The position numbers and the translations under genes are program-made. This document shows, in pieces, positions 41,512 to 50,348 of a stretch of DNA of 64,000 nt. The notes beneath the pieces were generated by a model. It worked only from the letters and a program-made list of their open reading frames with translations, was not told the origin of the DNA and made no database searches. The stretch's first letter is position 1. Every line of letters begins with the position of its first letter. The stretch is from Candidatus Moraniibacteriota bacterium (GTDB lineage: Bacteria > Patescibacteriota > Minisyncoccia > Moranbacterales > DUUL01), in contig JBFHFF010000002.1 of NCBI GenBank assembly GCA_041583775.1, positions 64,274 to 128,273 on the forward strand, written 5' to 3'.

Positions 41512-41559
41512 AATATTTGTTTATTAGCTTGCTTTATTATCCTGACATACTCAAAGTAT

Positions 41560-41870
41560 ACATCCTACCTAAGAAAAAGGTACTAAAGAATTGCATAAAC
41601 CAAAATAATAGAGGCTAAGCCATTTGATCTATTTGCGCCAAGTCCATTTCGAGATTCAACAGGCACATCTCCTCCGTCATATCTGGGTGCTTCGCTTGTA
41701 GTTTCTCTACTGCTTCCCAAATCATTTTTGGATTGTACGTCGCTAGTGTTGGGTACTACTTTGGGTCTATCGATTTCATATTGTTCATATTGTTTAGTTA
41801 TACTATTTAGATATGACTCTTCTTTTTCCTTCGCTCATTTTTGTATCTTTCTTTAGTATAATATCCTTTT
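41560..41870 (-). pseudogene. Possible gene remnant: GC-richer segment with protein-like but frame-broken reading frames
   Basis: The minus strand gives protein-like peptides in two frames (...PKMIWEAVEKLQAKHPDMTEEMCLLNLEMDLAQIDQMA and ...VVPNTSDVQSKNDLGSSRETTSEAPRYDGGDVPVESRNGLGANRSNG) interrupted by stops. No ORF of at least 60 aa. Confidence 0.25.
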
Positions 41871-41873
41871 GTA

Positions 41874-42386
41874 TTAATCAACGACCTCTGCCCACTCTTG
41901 AAATTTTGGTGTCATTTTTCTTGCTAAATACATCGCAAACATAACATTCTCAAGATTTTTCTCAGCCTTCAATTTCTTAGATAAAAATTCAGAAAATTCA
42001 ACGGAAACAATAGTCAGATCTTTATCATCCGCATAAATTTCATCGTATTTTCTGTAATGCAAATTAAAATCATCGCAAACAAGTTGTTGTGCTTTGGAAT
42101 CATAACCAGATTTTTTCAATCTATTATAATACTGATTATGCACTTCATCTAGAATTGCTCTGTGCATTAATCCAAGAAAAACATCTGAATTTTTGAACAA
42201 CCAAAAGGAAAGTGCCGTCAATTCAAACTTAACAATTTCCTTTGTTTCTTGATCTTTTATTTTCCCTTCTTCCTCGAAATGATCAATAGTCTCCATAACT
42301 ATCTTAGCAATCTCTTCAAGGACAAATAAAGCACTTCCTCTTATCATTTTTTTATACCTCTGATACTTTAGAAATTTTAATAACAT
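41874..42386 (-). CDS. Hypothetical protein
   Basis: 170 aa. Confidence 0.4.
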   Translation of the reverse strand: MLLKFLKYQRYKKMIRGSALFVLEEIAKIVMETIDHFEEEGKIKDQETKEIVKFELTALSFWLFKNSDVFLGLMHRAILDEVHNQYYNRLKKSGYDSKAQQLVCDDFNLHYRKYDEIYADDKDLTIVSVEFSEFLSKKLKAEKNLENVMFAMYLARKMTPKFQEWAEVVD

Positions 42387-42391
42387 AAAAA

Positions 42392-42535
42392 CGACTTAAT
42401 TGTTAAGTCGTCGGGAAGTTTATCTCGAGAGGACGACCCGGCGGTATCCACATTCAAGAAAACACCAAGTGTCTCTATTGTGTGCACCGAATCGCCCACT
42501 AAAAGGCGCAATAGAGACAAGCGTAGCTTGTTTTA
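42392..42535 (+). ncRNA. GC-rich structured element (candidate cis-regulatory leader or small RNA); strand uncertain
   Basis: ACGACTTAA-ttg-TTAAGTCGT (9-bp hairpin) overlaps the alternative GTCGTC...GACGAC pairing. Then GTCTCTATTG...CAATAGAGAC (10-bp stem, inner CGCC/GGCG) followed by a U-rich tract. Local GC is well above the flanks. Confidence 0.3.
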
Positions 42536-42654
42536 TGATGTTTATTTGAATATGGATACACTTCCAATATACAATCAAAGTTAATTTAGCACAACTAATC
42601 TTATTGTTTTTTGTCTGATATTAAGTTAAATTAGAGTAAATTAAGATTAAAATT

Positions 42655-43473
42655 ATGCAGTCTGCAATCAAATCATTAAAAAGAAGATTCGAAGTTATAA
42701 ATAGCTCCAATGGTAAGAAAACTTTTATTCCAGCCTTGTTTCAGTATTTAAAATTTGCGACCAACAATAAAAAAATTTCACAAATACTAAAAGAATTGGA
42801 GAAAAAGAGGAACAACGAGCTCAAAAAGCTCAATCTTCGGCAACTTCCCTTTTTAGAAGAAACAGAAATTTGGCCCCATTGGGGAAAAATAGAACCAGCC
42901 TTATTATTATCTGGCAAATCATACCACAAGGCTAGTGAAACCTTTTTGGAAGAGAAAAGGAACGATTCAGTCCTTGACTTTCTTCACTTTAGAGCAGGAA
43001 ATAACTCTTTTAATGGAGCGCCTACAAATGAACAACTTGCAAATCTTATGGTAAGTATAAAAATTGTTCACAACTTTTTACTTGATGAACTTGAAAAGGT
43101 TGAGCCAGAAAAAACATTAGTAACGGAAAAAAACGGGGATTTTTATTATAATAACTTTCTGATAAATTTTGGTGAGGGAACACAATATAAAGAGCTTTTT
43201 AAAATAATTTATACCGAATGCAGCAATAGCAAAGAAAGTTTTATATCCTATAAAAAAATAAGCTTATTATTAGACAAAAGAACTAATACAAACGGACCGA
43301 TCAAAAAAACTGACAGGCAATCTTCACAAAAAAAAATCCAAAACTTAATAAGAAACGGCATCTTTAGAACTGGCAAATTAGCAAATAAGAGTAACTTAGA
43401 AAATATAACCCCTTCTGGAAAAAAACTAATTGAGATAATCCGAGGGAAAGGAATCAAATTGAATCAAGGATAA
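42655..43473 (+). CDS. Hypothetical protein
   Basis: 272 aa; no motif. Confidence 0.45.
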   Translation: MQSAIKSLKRRFEVINSSNGKKTFIPALFQYLKFATNNKKISQILKELEKKRNNELKKLNLRQLPFLEETEIWPHWGKIEPALLLSGKSYHKASETFLEEKRNDSVLDFLHFRAGNNSFNGAPTNEQLANLMVSIKIVHNFLLDELEKVEPEKTLVTEKNGDFYYNNFLINFGEGTQYKELFKIIYTECSNSKESFISYKKISLLLDKRTNTNGPIKKTDRQSSQKKIQNLIRNGIFRTGKLANKSNLENITPSGKKLIEIIRGKGIKLNQG

Positions 43474-43499
43474 ACATATTCAGCTTAGAAAAGTTTCTC

Positions 43500-43528
43500 A
43501 AAAGACCCTAAATGGGGTCTTTTTTGTT
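43500..43528 (+). terminator. Rho-independent terminator
   Basis: AAGACCC-taaat-GGGGTCTT followed by T6. Confidence 0.6.
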
Positions 43529-43626
43529 TATTCTAAGCGACTCTAGCATTTTAAGCCAAATAAGTTTTTCCAAGTAATTGTCCTTTAAGAAATAATTACT
43601 ATAGATAAACATTAAAACACTAAACA

Positions 43627-43863
43627 ATGAAAGACAAAGAAAGGGTTTATACTTCTGATTTTTTGACAGCAACAATTTTTTTGTACTTCAAAGAAGAGTT
43701 AAAGGAACTTAATAAAAAAGACCCTAGTAGAATTATTTTTTGTTTTCTTAAAAATGAAACCACTGATAAAACATTAGAGTTACTTCATAAAGGTAAATTA
43801 AAGGTCGAACCAAAAAAATTAGCTTATATTCAAAGAAGTCTAAAAAATAGGATGTTTAGCTAA
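43627..43863 (+). CDS. Small hypothetical protein
   Basis: 78 aa. Confidence 0.35.
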   Translation: MKDKERVYTSDFLTATIFLYFKEELKELNKKDPSRIIFCFLKNETTDKTLELLHKGKLKVEPKKLAYIQRSLKNRMFS

Positions 43864-43881
43864 CATCAATATTATCTTAAT

Positions 43882-44052
43882 ATGCTTTCAGAAGATCAAA
43901 TCCTAAAATTTCAAGAAATCTACAAAAAACGCTTTGGAAGAGAAATCTCCAAAGAAGATGTTCTTGATCATGGAATTAAATTGATTTATCTGATGCGAAC
44001 AATTTATCAGCCGATCACAAAAAAAGAGCTGGATAATCTACTAGAAAAATAA
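43882..44052 (+). CDS. Small hypothetical protein (56 aa; not in the ORF track)
   Basis: MLSEDQILKFQEIYKKRFGREISKEDVLDHGIKLIYLMRTIYQPITKKELDNLLEK fills the gap before the primase-like gene. Confidence 0.3.
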   Translation: MLSEDQILKFQEIYKKRFGREISKEDVLDHGIKLIYLMRTIYQPITKKELDNLLEK

Positions 44053-44058
44053 CATCCT

Positions 44059-44643
44059 ATGAACAACAAAGAATACTTCTATAAACAACAAAAAATTTGG
44101 CGAAAAGAACAGCTTAGACCGTCGGCAAAAGATCTTCTCATAATGTTTCCCCGAGCAAAAGAGATTGTGAAAGAAAGATTAAAAGAAGAAATAAAAATTA
44201 ACAAAACCCAACTATGCAAAATAAAGAAGGTCTTAAATAAAATGAGGTATAGAAAAGATTTTTGGTTTGTTGAGGAATTTGTAAAAGCATTTTTCTTACC
44301 AGACCTCTTGAAAAATGAAAAAATGATTGCCAAACACAGAATGTTCCTAAATAGCTTACAGGGAGACGGGAATCAAATCGATTTTCAAGTAAAGCTTGAA
44401 AAAGCAAGGGGATATCCAATCCTCCAACTTGCAGAGAAAGAACTGGTTTTGCAAAAAATTGGAAACAAATATCGCTCTTTATGTCCTTTTCATAAAGAAA
44501 AAACAGCTTCTTTTTATCTTTATCCAGAATCAAATAGTTATTATTGCTTTGGATGTCAAACTGGATCATCTGACCCGATATCCCTCGCTATGCAACTACA
44601 CAATTTAGATTTTAGAAGTGCCGTTAGTTTATTGAGTCAATAG
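44059..44643 (+). CDS. DNA primase CHC2-type zinc-finger domain protein (DnaG N-terminal-like)
   Basis: CPFHKEKTASFYLYPESNSYYCFGCQTGSSDPISLAMQL. Confidence 0.65.
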   Translation: MNNKEYFYKQQKIWRKEQLRPSAKDLLIMFPRAKEIVKERLKEEIKINKTQLCKIKKVLNKMRYRKDFWFVEEFVKAFFLPDLLKNEKMIAKHRMFLNSLQGDGNQIDFQVKLEKARGYPILQLAEKELVLQKIGNKYRSLCPFHKEKTASFYLYPESNSYYCFGCQTGSSDPISLAMQLHNLDFRSAVSLLSQ

Positions 44644-44749
44644 TAACAATTAAGATTAAAATTATGACAATGAAGAAAGAGAAGAGACTAAAAGAAATTG
44701 AAGATGAAATAAAAACAGAAGCCAAAAAAAGATTATACATATTGCTTCA

Positions 44750-46069
44750 ATGATCTTACAAGATAAAACAATTGTTGAAATGGTATTAGACAAAGAAGAA
44801 AATAAAACATATTTTGCTACATATAAAGATAATGAAATAAAAAGAGAAGCAAGTTTGGAAATAGAAGAAAAACTTTTTCTACCCTATCCAGCTGATAAAG
44901 ATTTTCTAACCAACGATGTCATTCTTTTTCCGTCTGCTCCAATAGAGTATGTTGATCAAAAAGAACTGATTAAAGAAATTCAATATTTCGTTCATAAATA
45001 TCTTACTGTCTCTGATTTTTTTGAGAAAATTTGTACTTATTATGTTCTTTTTTCTTGGATTTATGATGATTTTAAAGAGCTTCCTTATTTGAGAGGCTTA
45101 GGAGATTATGGCACAGGGAAATCAAGATTTCTAAAGACAATTGGTTCAGTTTGCTACCACCCAATTTTTACAAGTGGGGCAACGACTGTTTCGCCTATAT
45201 TTAGGATGCTCAACGATTTCAAAGGAACTCTAGTCTTGGATGAAGCGGACTTAAAAATATCAGACACTACAACCGAGCTGGTTAAAATATTGAATTGTGG
45301 TTTTGCTAAAGGGACTCCAGTTCTTAGAAGTGAAGGCAATGGCAAATCCTTCGATGTTAAGGCTTTCCACGTTTTCGGTCCAAAAATAATTGCGACAAGA
45401 AAATTATTTGACGATAGCGCTCTGGAAAGCAGAATGATTACTGAGGATATGAATCAAAATTTTCCAAGAAAAGATATCTTGATTCATATACCCTCTGAGT
45501 TTGAAGAAGAAGCTTTGTGCCTAAGAAATAAACTTTTAATGTTTAGGTTTAGGAATAAGGGAAAATCCTTTATAAAAACTGAATTTGAAGATAGGAGTAT
45601 CGAACCACGCTTAAATCAAATTGCAGTTCCCTTAATGAGTGTTATTGATGATGCACAAACCATAAAAGAGCTTCAAAAATACATAAGGGAGTACAATGAC
45701 ACAATAAAAACAGACCGGACTCTAGATTGTAATTACCAAATATTGGAATCTATTGTTTTGCTTTTAGACAAGGGAAATATGGAACCAACTATCGGTGATA
45801 TAACCAGACAATTTAATGAAAATTTTGATTCTTCAGATACAATAACCCCCAAGAAAATGGGTTACTTATTAAAGAAAACATTAAATTTAAAAACGATAAA
45901 AACAAGAGATGGTTATATCGTTTCAAAAGATAATAAAGAAAAAATTGAAATATTGCGAAAAAGGTTTGGAATTGAACTAATTTCCGACGTTATTAATGAT
46001 GTGAACAATGTGAACAATGTGAACAATGTGAACAATAAAAAAGAAGATGTACAAGAAATAATGTTTTAA
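44750..46069 (+). CDS. P-loop NTPase (primase-associated / D5-P4-like helicase-type), with C-terminal NVNN tandem repeat
   Basis: Walker A GDYGTGKS, Walker B LVLDEAD. Confidence 0.5.
   Translation: MILQDKTIVEMVLDKEENKTYFATYKDNEIKREASLEIEEKLFLPYPADKDFLTNDVILFPSAPIEYVDQKELIKEIQYFVHKYLTVSDFFEKICTYYVLFSWIYDDFKELPYLRGLGDYGTGKSRFLKTIGSVCYHPIFTSGATTVSPIFRMLNDFKGTLVLDEADLKISDTTTELVKILNCGFAKGTPVLRSEGNGKSFDVKAFHVFGPKIIATRKLFDDSALESRMITEDMNQNFPRKDILIHIPSEFEEEALCLRNKLLMFRFRNKGKSFIKTEFEDRSIEPRLNQIAVPLMSVIDDAQTIKELQKYIREYNDTIKTDRTLDCNYQILESIVLLLDKGNMEPTIGDITRQFNENFDSSDTITPKKMGYLLKKTLNLKTIKTRDGYIVSKDNKEKIEILRKRFGIELISDVINDVNNVNNVNNVNNKKEDVQEIMF
45992..46036 (+). repeat. Tandem 9-bp repeat (GTGAACAAT x4, plus a degenerate copy) encoding NDVNNVNNVNNVNN
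   Basis: Direct reading of 46001-46036. Confidence 0.8.
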
Positions 46070-46189
46070 ATAAAGTCTTTTTCACAAAAAATAATTGCTT
46101 TTCCATTATCAGAATAAAGTTCACAATATTCACAACCTCAATGAAAATATCTGAAAATCTTAACAAACCTTAACGTTATCCATCCAATT

Positions 46190-46447
46190 ATGCGATATAA
46201 CTTATCGAAGAGAAAATTAACTTTTGCATATTACTATTTTGATTTTGAAAGAAAGTATTCCTCTTGCTTGGCTGGCAATGCTTATCGATGTGCACTCAAA
46301 GTAAATTACAGCAAAACTTATGCAAAAAAGATAATGTCTCATATACATTGGACCGAATTAGCGAAATTAGCAGAAAAACAGGGCTTAATGATGGATAGAA
46401 GTCTCAAAAAATACCTAGACAAAATATCAGAAAATGTTAGAAAATGA
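46190..46447 (+). CDS. Small protein, possibly terminase-small-subunit-like / HTH
   Basis: KRKLTFAYYYFDFERKYSSCLAGNAYRCALKVNYSKTYAKKIM loosely resembles the Terminase_2 N-terminus. Weak. Confidence 0.25.
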   Translation: MRYNLSKRKLTFAYYYFDFERKYSSCLAGNAYRCALKVNYSKTYAKKIMSHIHWTELAKLAEKQGLMMDRSLKKYLDKISENVRK

Positions 46448-46499
46448 TAACATTGAACATCTATGCTATAATGAAAACACTTACCCAATTCACAATATA

Positions 46500-46590
46500 C
46501 CAAGAATTTTATGTTTCGCTCCTAAGTGGGCGGTTCTGCCAGCAAAACCATTCTTGGTCGAGTTGGGTAAGTCAGAACCGCCTTTTTAGT
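46500..46590 (+). promoter_or_regulatory. Nested inverted repeats upstream of the recombinase gene (candidate att/regulatory site or long-loop terminator)
   Basis: CCAAGAAT...ATTCTTGG and GGCGGTTCTG-N34-CAGAACCGCC followed by TTTTT. Confidence 0.35.
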
Positions 46591-46611
46591 ATTAAAATTT
46601 ATTAAACTTAT

Positions 46612-48231
46612 ATGGAAACAAAAAAACCAAGGTTACAGTATTTTTTATATGCCAGAAAATCATCCGAGAGCGAAGATCGCCAGGTTCAATCTATCGATGA
46701 CCAAACTGGACGTTTAAAACGATTAGCGCAAGAATTAGGCATAACCATAAAACATATCTACACGGAAGCTAAATCAGCCAAAAAACCTGGTAATCGCCCA
46801 TTTTTTGACAAAATGATGACTGAAATAGAAAGTGGTGAAGCTGATGGCATTCTATGTTGGCATCTTAATCGTCTCTCTAGAAATCCGATTGATAGTGGAA
46901 AGATAAGTTGGCTTCTACAGGAAGGGTCTATCAAATCGATTCAAACAATGGAAAAACAGTTTCTTCCAGAAGACAATGTCTTGCTTTTTAGTGTTGAAAG
47001 TGGAATGGCAAACCAATTTTGTCGAGAACTAAGCACAAACGTAAAAAGAGGTATTCAAAAGAAGCTGGAAGACGGCTGGAGACCTGGTATAGCGCCACAA
47101 GGATATCTAAATGAACTATCTAACCATACAATCATAAAAGACACTGAGAGGTTCAATCTTATAAGGAAAGTGTGGGATTTAATGCTCACTGGAAATTACA
47201 CTGTTCCTCAACTACTAATTAAATTAAATGATGAATGGGGATATAAAACTCCTCTCAAAAAACGCCTCGGCGGTAAACCTTTAACTATAAGTGGTCTTTA
47301 TAAAGTTTTCACTAATTTATTTTATACTGGAATAATTTTGCATAAAGATCAGACTTACCCAGGGAAACACGATCAAATGATAACCCTCGAAGAATATGAT
47401 CAAGTTCAGTTAATATTGGGAAGAAAGGGGAAGCAAAGACCTAAGACTCATAATTTCGCTTTTACTGGAATGATTAGGTGTGGAGAATGTGGTTGTCTTC
47501 ATACAGCCGAAACAAAGAAAAAAATAATCAAAAAGACAGGAACTCTAAAAGAATATACTTATTACCACTGTACGAGAAGAAAAAAAGACATTGATTGTTC
47601 GCAAAGAAAGGTTTTAAATCAAGATAATCTGGAGTTGCAAATCAATGAATTATTAGCTACCTACACGATATTGCCAGAATTTAGAGACTGGGCTTTGGAA
47701 ATTGTTCATAATAGCAAAAATCTAGAAATCGAAGATAAATCAAAAATTCTAGACTCTTTGCGCAATGAATTGCTAAAAGCTGAGGAAAATTTAAACGAAT
47801 TGATTAAAATGAGATACAGAAAATTGATTGATGATAAATTTTTTATTAAAGAAAAAGAGACTCTTCAGATGCAAATATCCAAATCAAAAGAAAAGCTGAA
47901 GAAATCAGGCGGTGAAAAAAATAAACAGTTAGAACTCACGAAAAAAACTTTCAATTTCGCAACATATGCCCGAATAAACTTTAATAAAGGCACATTAGAA
48001 CAAAAAAGAGAAATTCTAGCTGCTTTAGGTTCGAACCATAGAATCACTGACCAAAAACTCTTTGTTGATGCCCATAAATGGTTCCAGCCTATTAGAAAAG
48101 ACTATCCTCGATTGGAAGAAGAATATATAAGGTTAGAACTAAATAAATCTCCCTTAAATAAAGCAAAAAGCGAGCAATTAAGCTCGCTCATTACACGATG
48201 GCACGGGTGGAGAGAATCGAACTCCCGCTAG
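46612..48231 (+). CDS. Large serine recombinase (integrase)
   Basis: N-terminal resolvase catalytic domain FLYARKSSESEDRQVQSIDDQ...LNRLSR. Central recombinase domain and zinc ribbon CGECGCLH...YYHC. The 3' end overlaps tRNA-Trp. Confidence 0.8.
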   Translation: METKKPRLQYFLYARKSSESEDRQVQSIDDQTGRLKRLAQELGITIKHIYTEAKSAKKPGNRPFFDKMMTEIESGEADGILCWHLNRLSRNPIDSGKISWLLQEGSIKSIQTMEKQFLPEDNVLLFSVESGMANQFCRELSTNVKRGIQKKLEDGWRPGIAPQGYLNELSNHTIIKDTERFNLIRKVWDLMLTGNYTVPQLLIKLNDEWGYKTPLKKRLGGKPLTISGLYKVFTNLFYTGIILHKDQTYPGKHDQMITLEEYDQVQLILGRKGKQRPKTHNFAFTGMIRCGECGCLHTAETKKKIIKKTGTLKEYTYYHCTRRKKDIDCSQRKVLNQDNLELQINELLATYTILPEFRDWALEIVHNSKNLEIEDKSKILDSLRNELLKAEENLNELIKMRYRKLIDDKFFIKEKETLQMQISKSKEKLKKSGGEKNKQLELTKKTFNFATYARINFNKGTLEQKREILAALGSNHRITDQKLFVDAHKWFQPIRKDYPRLEEEYIRLELNKSPLNKAKSEQLSSLITRWHGWRESNSR

Positions 48232-48272
48232 AGGTTTTGGAGACCCCTGTACTACCACTATACTACACCCGC
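48199..48272 (-). tRNA. tRNA-Trp (anticodon CCA)
   Basis: The reverse complement folds as a cloverleaf: GCGGGTG/CACCCGT acceptor stem, anticodon loop CTCCAAA, T-loop TTCGATT, 3' CCA encoded. Confidence 0.8.
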
Positions 48273-48277
48273 AAATA

Positions 48278-48913
48278 TCATATTAATTTTTCAATTGCTC
48301 GTTTCAATTCAACTGGACTGTTGATAAAAACATCTGGTTTATGTTTTTTTAAAATATCTTTCGAATTCAAACCCCATGAAACGGCAATCACTTTTATCCC
48401 AGCTTTTTTTGCCGCTTCAATGTCCCGAACTTCATCACCTACATAGACTACCTCACTTTTCACAATTTTTCTACTAGTAATAACTTTTTTAATTTTCCTA
48501 TGTTTTCCAAAAAAACTTTTGGCACTAAAAACAAAATCAAATAAATCAATCCTATTTTTATTTAAAAAATTCTCTGTATTCTCAATTGAATTAGAAGTGA
48601 TAATTCCCAAAACAAATCCTTCTTTTTTTAGTTCTTCTAACACATCTACCAATCCTTTAATAGGTTTTATTTTTTCTATTTTTTCACCAAAAATAATTCT
48701 CGCTTCCTTTAAAATTGAAATTAGTTTCAAATAGGATACACCAAATTTTTTCATTTGCTCTTGCACAGTGCATCCTCTTAGTTTCTCAATCTCTACTTTG
48801 GTGATTCTACTATAACCAAGTTTGCCAGCTAATTGATTAGCAATCTCAAAAACTATTTCAAATGAATCTACAATGGTTCCATCAAAGTCAAATATTATAG
48901 TTTTTTTTGGCAT
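48278..48913 (-). CDS. HAD-superfamily hydrolase (phosphoglycolate-phosphatase-like)
   Basis: FDFDGTIVDS motif I, VGDEVRDIEAAKKAG motif IV. Confidence 0.65.
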   Translation of the reverse strand: MPKKTIIFDFDGTIVDSFEIVFEIANQLAGKLGYSRITKVEIEKLRGCTVQEQMKKFGVSYLKLISILKEARIIFGEKIEKIKPIKGLVDVLEELKKEGFVLGIITSNSIENTENFLNKNRIDLFDFVFSAKSFFGKHRKIKKVITSRKIVKSEVVYVGDEVRDIEAAKKAGIKVIAVSWGLNSKDILKKHKPDVFINSPVELKRAIEKLI

Positions 48914-48938
48914 TATTTTACGCAGTAATTAACAAGCT

Positions 48939-49079
48939 CTATTTTTTGGTCTTTCCTTCTTTATGTACAGTGTGTTTTCTACACTTTGGACAATGTTTTT
49001 TCAATTCAAGTTTTTCCTGAATCTTTTTTTTATTTTTAAAAGTATAGAAATTTCTATTTCCACACTCTGAACATTTCAA
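48939..49079 (-). CDS. rpmG: 50S ribosomal protein L33; apparent TTG start
   Basis: Hand translation gives (M)[45 protein letters not shown], with the L33 zinc-ribbon CxxC...CxxC. Below the ORF-track size cutoff. Confidence 0.55.
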   Translation of the reverse strand: MKCSECGNRNFYTFKNKKKIQEKLELKKHCPKCRKHTVHKEGKTKK

Positions 49080-49130
49080 TGTTGTTAAAGTATCTTGAGA
49101 CATATGTTTAATTTATAAATTTCTTAAGCT

Positions 49131-49811
49131 TTAGAGGTTTTTCAATTTAATCGCAGGATTCATTGTTGAAGTGATAGAAATACCCTTGATAAACTTACCT
49201 TTAATAGCAGATGGTTTATGTTGTTGCAATTCTTTCATAAATACCTCAAAATTTTCCTTTAGTTGTTCTTTCTTGAAAGATCTTTTTCCAATCACTTGAT
49301 GGATATTTGCTCCGTTATCGTTTTTAAAACTAGCTCTTCCACCCTTAAGTCCTTCAATTAAAACATCGATCTTTGGTCCAACTGTTTGGGTTTTTGGATT
49401 TGGCATAAGACCTCTTGGCCCAAGAACTCTTGCTGCCTTAGCAAGTTTTGGCATCATTTCTGGTGTTGTTACTGCAACATCAAAATCAATTTCCCCTCCC
49501 GCAACTATCTTATCAATTAACTCAACTCCAGCAACAATATCTGCTCCTGCAGCTTTTGCTTCTTTTGCTTGAGTTTCTGTAAATGCAGCAATCCGCTTTG
49601 TTTTTCCTGTTCCGTGTGGCAAATCAACTGTTGCACGAACTTGCTGATCTGATTTTGTGGGATTGATACTCAATTTAACATGAACTTCAACAGACTCATC
49701 AAATTTAGGTGCTGAAAATTTCTCAAGAATTTCCAATGCTTCTTCAATTGCATATTCTGTATTCTGTTCATAACCCTCAACAACACTTCGATATCTTTTT
49801 CCTCTTTTCAT
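49131..49811 (-). CDS. rplA: 50S ribosomal protein L1
   Basis: VDLPHGTGKTKRIAAFTE and overall L1 pattern. Confidence 0.85.
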   Translation of the reverse strand: MKRGKRYRSVVEGYEQNTEYAIEEALEILEKFSAPKFDESVEVHVKLSINPTKSDQQVRATVDLPHGTGKTKRIAAFTETQAKEAKAAGADIVAGVELIDKIVAGGEIDFDVAVTTPEMMPKLAKAARVLGPRGLMPNPKTQTVGPKIDVLIEGLKGGRASFKNDNGANIHQVIGKRSFKKEQLKENFEVFMKELQQHKPSAIKGKFIKGISITSTMNPAIKLKNL

Positions 49812-49879
49812 AATATTGTGGTGCGGACGGATAATTTTAATATCCTCCCACAGCGTATTATTAAATTATTATAAATAAA

Positions 49880-50305
49880 CTAACCTTCAATTTTAATTCC
49901 CATTGAGCGAGCTGTTCCTGCGATAATCTTAACTCCTTCTTCAACAGAATTTGCATTTAAATCCTCTTTCTTTTTTTCAACAATTTCTTCCAGCTGAGCT
50001 TTTGTTACTGTTCCAATCTTTTCCTTTAATGGACTTGCAGAACCTTTTTGTACCTTTGCTGCCTTTTTTAACAATTCAGATGCTGGAGGTGATTTTAAAA
50101 TAAAATCAAAACTTCTATCATCATAAATATTTATTTCAACTGGGATAATGTCCCCCATAGATTCTTTTGTAGCCTCATTAAAACGAGTACAAAAATCTTG
50201 AATATTCACTCCATGTTGTCCAAGTGCAGGTCCTACTGGAGGAGCTGGATTTGCTTGCCCTGCCTTGATTTGAAGCTTAATCATACTTGCTATTTTCTTT
50301 GCCAT
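49880..50305 (-). CDS. rplK: 50S ribosomal protein L11
   Basis: [26 protein letters not shown]. Confidence 0.9.
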   Translation of the reverse strand: MAKKIASMIKLQIKAGQANPAPPVGPALGQHGVNIQDFCTRFNEATKESMGDIIPVEINIYDDRSFDFILKSPPASELLKKAAKVQKGSASPLKEKIGTVTKAQLEEIVEKKKEDLNANSVEEGVKIIAGTARSMGIKIEG

Positions 50306-50348
50306 ATTCGTAAATTACTTAAATTACTTTTTAAAAATTCAAATTTAA

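Larger units (their letters stand above)
29858..48272. mobile_element. Putative integrative island (phage-satellite/PICI-like) at tRNA-Trp; the left boundary is approximate
   Basis: The large serine recombinase 3' end overlaps the tRNA-Trp 3' end. Contains a CHC2 primase zinc-finger protein, a P-loop NTPase, a TerS-like small protein, many orphan hypotheticals and defence-like cargo. The left end is placed after a 390-nt AT-rich spacer, at the first copy of a 3-copy repeat. Confidence 0.4.

Noticed and set aside
49080-49104. ATG at 49104 as rpmG start
   Set aside because: The frame from this ATG hits a stop after 16 codons. Only the frame initiated at TTG (49079) yields the L33 zinc-ribbon sequence. 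Kept as a possible frameshift instead.
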